Shown here in pieces: positions 53,433 to 64,000 of a DNA stretch of 64,000 nucleotides (position 1 is the first letter of the stretch; each line of letters begins with the position of its first letter). Source of the stretch: Eledone cirrhosa (taxonomy: Eukaryota). Location: positions 147,560,001 to 147,624,000 of the forward strand of contig OZ024742.1 of the NCBI GenBank assembly GCA_964016885.1, written 5' to 3'. A model generated the notes under the pieces. That model was given only the letters and a program-made list of their open reading frames with translations, made no database searches and was not told where the DNA came from. Both the position numbers and the translations under genes were made by a program.

Positions 53433-56369
53433 TGAGAAATTCAAGACTAGAAAGATATCCATTTTCCCTACAACCAAGGGTTAGACTATACATATGTTAT
53501 AGGGGTGGGGCTGTCCATATTTGTGTTTACTATTTATATCATGTAATGTAGTGGTTTAACAAAAAAGATTAAGATAAATACCAAACTTGAAATAATAAGT
53601 ACAGGTATCAATATGATTGACTAAATCCTGTCAAGATAGTGGCCATGCTGGAGCGCTATGTAGTGTCTAAAACTAATTAAAGAATATACCTTTTGTTCCT
53701 AGTTATAGTGAAATTGAAAGTATTAATGCAATAAGACAATAGATTCATGGTTGTTTCTTGTTACAATTTATTTGGACTAAAATTCAGAAATACACCAACA
53801 TGTTGAAACATCATTTCCGATGAGTTCCAGTTTGTTTGATCAAAAGGACACCCTGTGAAATGAACGTGCATGTAGCTGAGTATTCCATAAACACATGTAC
53901 CTTTAATACAGTTCTCGTGGAGATTTTGAGTGATACAGTATGTAACAAGACTGACCCTTTGAATTACAGGTACAACTAATTTTTTCCAACTGAGTGACCT
54001 GGAGCAACGTGAAATAGTGTTTTACTCAGACAGAATCTACCATTGGAAATTGACCTCATGACATTTTTGTAGTCAGACTCTCTAACCATTAAGCCAGGTA
54101 CCTTCACTACAACAAAAGCCAGTCAAGTGATAACTAACCTTACACATCATTATCATTGCTGTTTTAGGTCCATTTTTCATGCTTGCGTGGCCCAAAATGG
54201 GGGACCTGTGTAAATATTTTTGAATAGCTTGGTAAGTTGTTTACATCTGTGACTAAAACTACAGCCATCACTCACAATCAAGTATGACTTAGTGAAAGTA
54301 TGGAACATACCACTAAGGGCCTAGGTGCCCATGCAATTACAAGCAGATACTGACAGCCTCCAGATCCTCCTGCCTTGGATCCAGAACATCCCAGGTGAGA
54401 GGGCTGTATCAACCTTGAAAGAATAAAAGGCAAAGTGGACTTTGGTGGGATTTGAACTCAGAATGCAGAGACCTAGAACATATCCAATGCTTTAATGACT
54501 GTCAAATCAACCTTCAAATGAATGACATTTATTTGGTAGAAAAGTCATTTATTGCTGTACATGGTATGTATCAATTCAGCTCAACTATTTTATCTACATT
54601 GACCAGACCCAGAGGAAAGTAAACCGAGTGTTGTGTTGTTTCCTTGAGCAAGACACTTTATTTCACATTGCTCCAGTTTACTCAGCTGTAGAAATGAGAT
54701 GATAGGACTGGAGTCCCTATCATTCCACTGCAAAGTGGTTGTGGAGGTGCCACGGCAAAAAAGCACCCAGCACTCACTGTAAAGTGGACGTGTAGGCACC
54801 ACGGTAAAAAAAAAGTACCCAGCACTCACTGTAAATGAGGTTGGTGTTAGGAAAGGCATCCAGCTGTAGAAATCAAGCCAGAATCAGTTGCCGTATGAGC
54901 AAGACAAGGTCAGCCGACCGGATACTGCCCACAACAGGACAACCTGTCCCACCCTTGCAAGCAGGGAAAAGCGGACGTAAAATGATGATGATATGTTTCT
55001 GTTGCTATCAGAATACATCATTATTTTATGTCCACTTCCCACAAGTTAGATGAGCTGTCACATGCTGGAGCAATCCACTTGTTCATTACTTTCTGCTTAA
55101 CAAAGTGGTACGGACACTAACATTTTACAGGGTGTACAGGGGCAATTTTATATGGTGGCGACAGTAAGAGAGGCTTCTAAGACCCTACACTGCCCTTATT
55201 TGAATGCTAATACAAACCCAGAAAACATTGAAGATCAAACAACTTGAATAGATGCAATTGTCATAAGCAATTAAAGCCATTATCATCCTGCCATAACTAG
55301 TGCAACTAGTTTAGATGGTCTAGCATCAATAGACAATCACCAGTGATCCCTGTTCTTCATCATATCCAGAAGGGTCATTGTGTCGAAACCTGTTCAGCCT
55401 TTGATATTGTCTGACCAGGATTTTCTTTTCAGCATCTTCGCTCTCCTTTGAGTGCCCTGGAGAATAGGCTTAGACAGGGAATCATGCTGGGATACACATC
55501 CATACCAAGGGATATTTTGTCTTTTCACTGTTGTAAATATTGAAATATTGGTCATATCACCCACACTGCTAACATTAAGAAGCATTGCAGACTCTACTTT
55601 AAGAAAATATTTGTAAATGACTCTAAAATTATTTTAACATTTAAAGAAGTATTTCTTTGAACAAATTTCTGCCTCTGGAACATTCAGCTACCAAATTTGT
55701 ATCCATTTCATGAAGGGGAAGATTGTAAATTTGTATTTGCGTCACCATACATAACACACTTTGGCATCACACATACTTACCAATCTAAACAACATACATC
55801 ACCTTACACATCTTCTACCTAAATAACACTCAACACAATACCATACATACCTACAACCTACCTACCATATTCTTTTAGTGGTTTCAGTCATTCAACAGCA
55901 GCCATGCTGAGGCACTGCCTTAAAGAGATTTAGTCAATTATATTGACCCCAGTACTTACTTTTTAAGTTTGGTACTTATCTTATCAATCTCTTTGTCAAA
56001 CCACATAAACACAGACAAGGACACAATGTACAAGTCTTTTACAGTTTCCATCTACAAATTTCACTCACAAGGGATTTGACCCTCTCTCCATATTGCAGTT
56101 GCAGTGGTCTTATTTACACCAGTTATCAATCTGGTACTTTCTCAAACCCATAAGACTAGGCCTTTTTAGAGGCAGCCTTTACTTGCCTCGTCATAGCTAG
56201 GTCACTGGGTTGTAAGAGTTTTCTTGGGAGCTACAGGTGTCACCCCTTGCTCCAATCTCCCCTAGTAGTTTACCACTGTTGGTTCAGGGTTGCTTATTTG
56301 TTCGGCAGTTGCCCATTATTATCACAATTAACCATCATGTATGGTGGCTGTATCGCTATCTGCCACCTG

Positions 56370-57750
56370 CAACCTGTTTTCTAGCAGAACAGCCCTGCTG
56401 AGAATGTTGCTAAATCTCTGGTCAAGAGATGCAGGGTGACTGATGAGTCCAAGCTAGCTAATGAACAATGTGGTTTTCGCCCCAGACACAACACAGCCAA
56501 CCAAATATTCACACTGTGACAGTTCTTTGAGAAATCAGAGAAGTATTGCCAAAAAGTGTATTCTTGTTTTGTAGATCTCAAAAAGGTAAATGGCCACGTT
56601 CCTCAGGTCCTGCTGTGGAAGGTTCTGCAAGAGTATGGGATCGATGGTCAGCTTCTTGCTTCTCTATATAAATGCCCGAGTATTTGTGTTCGGATAAATG
56701 GTGCTAAATCGAAACCATTCAATGTGGGAGTCGGACTCCACCAAGGCTGCGTACTGTCACCTCTCCCGTTCATGAAAATAATGAACAGGAGAGGTGACAG
56801 TACACACCCTTGGCGGAGTTCGACTTTCACATTGAATGGTTTCAATTTAGCACCATTTATCCAAACACAAATACTCAGGCATCCTGTTCATTATTTTTAT
56901 GAACAGGATTGACATGCACAGTTGGGTTGCAAGTGGTATCATGACTGGTGGGTGTAAAATCAGTCAACTGGAATTTGCAGACATGGTGTCACTTAACTCG
57001 ACAGAAGGTGATCTCCGACTTCAGCTTGATAGGATTGATGCCGAGTGCTGCATCGCTGGAATGAAAATCACTGCTGCAAAAAATGAGCTACTGTCCTCTC
57101 AAGGAAGCCTGCGCAGTGCACTATCTGTGAATGAAGTTCCACTGAAGCAGGCAGAGAAGTTCAAGTATCTTAGGTTGTGTTTACGAGTGATGGAAGGCAA
57201 GAGGCTGAATTAAGTGCAAGAATTGCAGGTGTTGGTGCAGTAATGCACCAGCTTCAGCATTCGGTATTCAGAAGAAGGGAGGTAAGTGTAAAAGCCAAAC
57301 TCACTATCTTCAATTCAGTATTCACACCAAACCTTACCTATGGTCATGAATCTTGGATAATGACCAAAAGAATACAAGCAGATGAAATGGGTTCCTCCAA
57401 AAGGAGTTTGGAATAACGTTACACGATAGAGTGTTTAGCTCGGAGATCAGAGAGTCACTCCATGTAAAGCTGCTACTTCTCCGAATTGAGAGATTACTGC
57501 TCCAATACTATGGGCATGTGGTTAGAATGTCTCAGGAAAGAATCGCTGGACAGATTTTATGGGCAAAACGAACTGGTAGGAAACCCAGAGGTAAACCTCA
57601 AGCAAGATGGTTGGATAAAATCCATGTGCTTGGCTGGTCCTGGTTGGGGATCCAGCCGGATCAGTTGCTTCTGACAGGACCCACTGGAAGGAGTGTTTGA
57701 GGATTCTGCCCCCACAACCCTCTCAGGAATAAGTAGGTGAAGAAGAAGGA
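56370..57750 (+). mobile_element. Decayed RTE (Expander/Rex3-like) with internal fold-back inversion
   Basis: EQCGFR, CFVDLKK, GLHQGCVLSPL, KFKYL, YGHESW and YYGHVVRM motifs. Confidence 0.85.
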
Positions 57751-59406
57751 ATGTTTTTATGGTCACCCTGTATAATACTACAGTTTTATTATACAACAGA
57801 AACAATGATATTCTAAATATGATGAGTGGAAAAACCTTCAATCAATTGAGACTATCTTAAGAATTTCATGACCATAACATACTTTCGAGGTGGGGAGGTT
57901 AATCTCAGAATAACAAGCAAGGGAGAGTACTACTGATCCAAATTTTTGGAACTTTTTAAACAATACAATGAGTCTTAGGATCTGCATAGACTGCAGAGGT
58001 TTTCTCCTATGATTTTCTCTATCACATTATCATGTAATCTGGAAAACTCAAGTTTCTGATCCTCATGTTGCAGAACAGTTGTGAACTTCTTACTTTGTCT
58101 CACCTTTAGCTGAATATACCTAATACCAAGCTTCTCTTCTAGTTATTTCTTTCTGCTGTTTACTCTTCCAGTATTTCCAAGTCAATCATTTGGTTTCATG
58201 GTTATATCTACAGTACTGTTCCACCACTGTGTTAACTTCTATCATGCTGGGATCATATAATGGCCACAGATTTGGTGTAATCCTCAACAGGTTGTCTCAG
58301 CTCCCCTCTTTGAATGATGACGTTCAGCAAACATGTAGTGGCCACTGCTATTTCCACCATGGTTCTCCCTCTGCTCAACTGAGAACAGAATAACCCTAGT
58401 GTTGATGCCCCAATAAAATGCAAACCACTACACATTGTAAGTGATAGTGCTGGTGCCACTATAAAATGCATCCAAGTGTTTGGTATTAGGAAGGGCATCC
58501 AGCCTGAGCAACGATATTAAATGGAATCTATGTGGAGGATGTAGTCATTCGATCTTAGAACATGACAGCCCATCCAATCCATGCCACCATGGAAAACATG
58601 TGAAACAGTAATTTTGTATATATACATATGCCTGCTATTGTCATTATGTACACTAACTATAAACTGTGTTTCTAACATCTAAGTTATATTACTGGTGTAT
58701 ATAGGATCAACATGGCCAGAAGTAAATTACTAGTGCTGCTGATATTATATAAACTAATCCTTTCATGCTCCTGGATCAATATTATAAAGTACCAGTCAAA
58801 TACTCAGGTCGGTATAATCAGCTTTCCCCTCGCCCCAAATTTCTGGCCTTGTGCTTATGTTAGAAACCATTAACTATAAACTGCCTATTACTGGTGTATT
58901 CAGATCAACATTACTGGTAGTGTTCTTTTACTAGAGAAGCTATATAGTTAAGCACTACTTCACCATTCATACATGTGTGCATGTTTACATTTAATGAAAA
59001 TATAACGTGGTTGGTGTTAGGAAGGGCATCCAACCATAGAAAACCTGCCAGACAGTCCCATACGAGCGAGTCGACCAATCTTGCCTCAAGTGGGACAATT
59101 CCCATCTAAACCTATGCTAGCGTGGAAGATAGACGTTAAACGATGATGATGATAAATCATATCCATTGTTTTTAACTGAAAATAAAAGCGGAATTAACTT
59201 TTTATAATGAAATTATTGGTTTAGACTCAATGGCAGTCTTATTACATGTTAGGTTGGAATGAACTTTCCAGTTTATTACTGGTACTTTTGATTTCTATTG
59301 ACATCACATTAGTAAAAGATAATGTCAAGCTAGCATTATTCAACTCTATAATTATTCCTAACTTCATTTCTTTCAACAAGTTTAAGAACAGTCTAAATAT
59401 ACTTAA

Positions 59407-59601
59407 TCCTTTAGCGTTTACATTACTCTATTGTATTTTTGTAATAAAGGCTTTATCTCACATATCGAATCTACGAGATTTTGATGATATTTATTTTGAG
59501 AACAATACCTTAATGTTGGTATAAACGGCCAGTTATAGCCAGTTTGACAGAAAGCGGTGAGAGAATTCTGGCCAGATAGGCCAAGTTTAAATGTTAATGG
59601 G
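59407..59601. mobile_element. piggyBac-type MITE, second copy (opposite orientation)
   Basis: TTAA flanks and reverse-complement similarity to 39610-39817. Confidence 0.8.
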
Positions 59602-60002
59602 TTAATACATCAAAAGTATTTCATGTAATTTTAACCAAGCTGATATTTATTTCCCTTACAACATGGATAAATAATGAATTCCAAGTTCCTTATTAACAGT
59701 TACAGGTGTTATGATGTGTACTTTCATACTGAAAACTATTCTCATTGCTTTTTGAAGGAATATTTTGAAAATGATCTTTTCACACATCTTTCACCAGAAC
59801 TGCTTAAAAGATTTGTAACAATTCAATTATTCCATTTTATAACTACATTATGATATTTGAGGCTTGTGTTATGTTTGTTCTAGATATAAATAACACAGTA
59901 TCACACATGTAGGTTTTTATACTATAATATATATCATATTTTAACATTATCAGTGACTGGAAAATATATTCATTTTAGACTGCCTCTCAACCCACCAACT
60001 TT

Positions 60003-60690
60003 CTACATCACATGTTCACTAGATAACTACCATCAACCACTGACTACATCACATGTTCACTAGATAACTACCATCAACCACTGACTACATCACATTTTCA
60101 CTAGATAACTACCATCAACCACTGACTACATCACATGTTCACTAGATAACTACCATCAACCACTGACTACATCACATGTTCACTAGATAACTACCATCAA
60201 CCACTGACTACATCACATGTTCACTAGATAACTACCATCAACCACTGACTACATCACATTTTCACTAGATAACTACCATCAACCACTGACTACATCGCAT
60301 GTTCAATAGATAACTACCATCAACCACTGAGTACATCACATTTTCACTAGATAACTTCCATCAACCACTGACTACATCACGTTCACTAGATAACTACCAT
60401 CAACCACTGACTACATCACATTTTCACTAGATAACTACCATCAACCACTGACTACATCACATTTTCACTAGATAACTACCATCAACCACTGACTACATCA
60501 CATGTTCACTAGATAACTACCATCAACCACTGACTACATCACATTTTCACTAGATAACTACCATCAACCACTGACTACACCACATTTTCACTAGATAACT
60601 TCCATCAACCACTGACTACATCGCATGTTCAATAGATAACTACCATCAACCATTAACATTGCATGTTCAATAACCACCATCAACCACTAA
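60003..60690. repeat. 41-bp minisatellite (~16 copies)
   Basis: Unit CTACATCACATGTTCACTAGATAACTACCATCAACCACTGA. Confidence 0.95.
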
Positions 60691-62734
60691 ATATATTGCG
60701 TGTTCATTATATAACCATCATTTAATGTAAAAAGATATCCTATTGTTTATCTCTCACTCACTACATGATAACCTCTAACATCTAGTATTTAATTTCAAAT
60801 ATTGTCAACAAATTATATAGCTTACAAGTAAACAGTTAGTAAATATTTCAGTTTAAAGAAATGTTTAACTTTTATCATATATTGAACTGTGAATTATATA
60901 GTTTATAGTTATGTCAGGTTAAATATAATGACAGAATAATTTAAGAATAAATAATTTTTATTTAGATTTAGCGTGATGAAGAATATTCTCAGATGCATGT
61001 GGTCAAAACTCACGATTCTGGGATTGACAGTTAAGATGACAAAAGATTGAGAAAATTCAGTGATAATTTGTATGACAGACATATCAAACCCACACAAGCC
61101 AGCTGAATGGACATTAAAACATTAATATTTATATACATATAAAAATGAGAAAACTCATCGCTAGAACAGCTGTTAAGACATCTAAATTCTGTCAAAGACA
61201 ACAATGGACAAAAATTCCTGAGGACAGAGACCAGTGGCCAACAATCCATAAGGTGGGTCACAGGCAGATGAAATATAGAAAAGATTGGAAGAGGACAAAC
61301 AGAAGTGTGTTGGTACATAGAAGTGACAGGCAGAAGGAAATAAAGACAATGTACAAGACAAGTTTACACACACACATCTATCTTCACCCTCATCAACTGT
61401 CAAACCAGCAAAACGTTTTTCACAATTTCTAATATAACTGAACAGTGCCATTGTCCTATATTTATGACAGTGATTTCTCAGATATAGTTATATAAAATAG
61501 TGTTGGAAGGTATATATTCTTTCTTCTGTAAATGGTTATATAAGTTTTATTGTTTATTTTCTGAAATGGCTTCTGTAACAGTTGATCTGTCCTTCCTTAC
61601 AAACCAGTGGACTTCTTGCCCTAGAAAAATCTGGTAATAATAATGTTGTTGACCTCAACATCCACAAATCTTTAATGATGTCTTGTATGTAAATCTCTAA
61701 AAACTGCCCACTGAAGAGCTTCATTGATCTGTCATCTCTGTTGCACACCCTATCAACTCTCCATTATGTCCTCAATAATCATCATTTACTTAATAATCTA
61801 CTAGCCATCATGTCCAGCAATGCCCACCAAGTTGATACCACACTTCATTCTTTCATAATCTTTGTCAGTAAGTATCTTTAACATATAATCTTAACATTTT
61901 ACATCAAGGCCACAAATATACTATTAAGGGAGACCTCAAAAATGGGGTTGCCAATCTTGATTCCTTCAGCAGAAAAAAAACACTGCTCATTTCAAGAAAA
62001 TATCATTGCACCACTCTCTTCTATTTTCACTATTGATCACATTTGCCTTGAAACAAGATGACCTCCTTGGTGTTGGTGCCATTATAAAATGCATTTGGTA
62101 CACTCTGTAGTGTCTGGCATTCAAACATAGGGTAGAGATAACTCTTCAGTTATATCAAAGATATGACACCTTAGTGCTGGTACCAGTGTACTATATAAAG
62201 TGGTTGATATTAGGAGGACATCTGGCTGTAGAAACCAGTTTCTGACTCTAATAGGAAGACAGTAGCTCTGTGTATATAATGACCTGATCTGTTACAAAAC
62301 TTCATCACCATCATCATTGTTTAACGTCCATCTTCCAGGCTAGCATGGGTTGGACGGTTTTATCCCACTTGAGGTGAAATTGGTCGGGAAACCGTGTCTT
62401 ACTTGTACAGAACTGTTTCTGGCAGGATGCCCTTCCTAATACCAACCACATTTACAGTGTGGACCGGGAGCCTTTTTACCATGTCTCCTACACGACCACT
62501 TTACAGTGTGGACTTGGTGCTTTTTGTCATGTCACCTACATGACCACTTTACAGTGGACGGGTAGGGGTAAGGTGTATTTTGGCTTAAGAGGTGCCTTCT
62601 TCCAATCTATGCCAAAATAAAAAAACAAATGTAAAATGATAATGAAGGTCATAGTAAGGTGGTTAGTCTCCAGTACACACGTATTTAGTGAAGTTAATTT
62701 TTTCATAAAATAATTTACCACAGATTTACTAGTA

Positions 62735-64000
62735 TCATTTCTTTCTGGTATGAATGCATTTGTGAGAAGTTAAATTACATTTCACAGAAAATGATTTATC
62801 ACACCCATCACAGTGATATGGCTTCTCTCCTGTATGAACACGTTTGTGAGATTTTAGGTGATCATTTCGTGGGAATGATTTACCACAGATATCACAGTGA
62901 TATGGTTTCTCTCCTGTATGAATACGTTTGTGGGTATTTAAGTGACTTCTGTAAGTAAATGATTTACCACAGATTTCACAATGATGTGGTTTTTCTCCAG
63001 TATGAATACGTTTGTGAGTATCTAATTGATCCTTTCGAGAAAATGACTTACCACAGATATCACAACGATATGGTTTCTTTCCTGTATGTGTGCGATTGTG
63101 AGAAGTTAATTCACTATTTCTAGAGAATGACTTACTACAGATTTCACAATGATATGGCTTTTCTCCTGTATGTATACGTTTGTGTTTAGTTAAAGAATTT
63201 CCATGAGAGAATGCTTTATCACAGATATCACAGTTATATGGTTTCTCTCCTGTATGAATACGCTTGTGAATAGTTACGTTACCTTTTTGAGAGAATGATT
63301 TACCACAGATATCACAGTGATATGGCTTCTCTCCTGTATGAATGAATTTGTGTTTAATTAAGGTAAGTGTTTGAGAGAACGATTTACCACAGATATCACA
63401 ATGATATGGTCTCTCTCCCGTATGAATACGTTTGTGAGTAGTTAGGTTACTTTTTTGAAAGAATGATTTGCTGCAGAAATCACAGTGATATGGCTTCTCT
63501 CCTGTATGAATTCTTTTATGTTTAGTTAAGTCATTTCTTTGTGAGAATGATTTAAGACAGATATTGCAGTGATATGGTTTTTCTCCAGTATGAATACGTT
63601 TGTGGATTGTTAAGGCATTTCCTACAGAGAATGTCTTGCCACATATATCACAGTGATATGGTCTTTCTCCTGTATGGATACGTGTATGGCTAGTTAAGTC
63701 ATTTCTTTGTGAGAATGATTTACCACAGATATCACAGTGATATGGCTTTTCTCCAGTATGAGTACGTTTATGGCTAGTTAGGACATTTCCATCGGAGAAT
63801 GATTTACCACAGATACCACAGTGATATGGTCTCTCTCCAGTATGAATACGTTTGTGTCTAGTTAAAGTATTTTCGTGAGAGAATGATTTACCACAGATAT
63901 CACAGTGATATGGTTTCTCTCCTGTATGAATACGTTTGTGTCCAGTTAAAGTATTTCCGTGAGAGAATGATTTACCACAGATATCACAGTGATATGGTTT
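62735..64000 (-). CDS. Tandem C2H2 zinc-finger protein, C-terminal part (~15 fingers; 5' end outside window)
   Basis: Frame from 64000 reads [28 protein letters not shown].. with 84-bp periodicity to TGA at 62735-62737. Missed by the ORF track because there is no start codon in the window. Confidence 0.92.
   Translation of the reverse strand, partial: KPYHCDICGKSFSHGNTLTGHKRIHTGEKPYHCDICGKSFSHENTLTRHKRIHTGERPYHCGICGKSFSDGNVLTSHKRTHTGEKPYHCDICGKSFSQRNDLTSHTRIHTGERPYHCDICGKTFSVGNALTIHKRIHTGEKPYHCNICLKSFSQRNDLTKHKRIHTGEKPYHCDFCSKSFFQKSNLTTHKRIHTGERPYHCDICGKSFSQTLTLIKHKFIHTGEKPYHCDICGKSFSQKGNVTIHKRIHTGEKPYNCDICDKAFSHGNSLTKHKRIHTGEKPYHCEICSKSFSRNSELTSHNRTHTGKKPYRCDICGKSFSRKDQLDTHKRIHTGEKPHHCEICGKSFTYRSHLNTHKRIHTGEKPYHCDICGKSFPRNDHLKSHKRVHTGEKPYHCDGCDKSFSVKCNLTSHKCIHTRKK

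Noticed and set aside
60003-60690. CRISPR-like periodic array
   Set aside because: No unique spacers; it is a plain 41-bp tandem repeat in eukaryotic DNA.
62536-62721. 61-aa ORF
   Set aside because: It lies after the zinc-finger stop, spanning a decayed finger and repeat sequence.

Overview
AT-rich eukaryotic genomic DNA, almost certainly a coleoid cephalopod (Octopus-like; inferred from the repeat families and zinc-finger style). Host genes are limited to two convergent tandem-C2H2 zinc-finger genes: 9 fingers at 50887-51750 (+) and at least 15 fingers at 62735-64000 (-, open at the window edge). Nearly everything else is mobile or repetitive DNA. This includes an intact-ORF 5'-truncated RTE LINE with C-terminal C2H2 motifs, a near-full-length Tx1/L1, CRE- and R4/Dong-type RLE retroelements, two Penelope-like elements, many decayed RTEs, tRNA-SINEs, RTE-tailed non-autonomous elements, a Helitron, piggyBac-type MITEs, satellites and a 2.4-kb tandem duplication. 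The most notable hidden signal is a dense set of type I hammerhead ribozyme motifs: eight foldable by eye, six of them with a non-canonical mismatch at the base of stem II. Several sit in fold-back inverted duplications, and there is also a candidate HDV-like fold at the 5' end of an RTE-tailed short element. All folds and family calls were made by eye, and boundaries of decayed elements are approximate.
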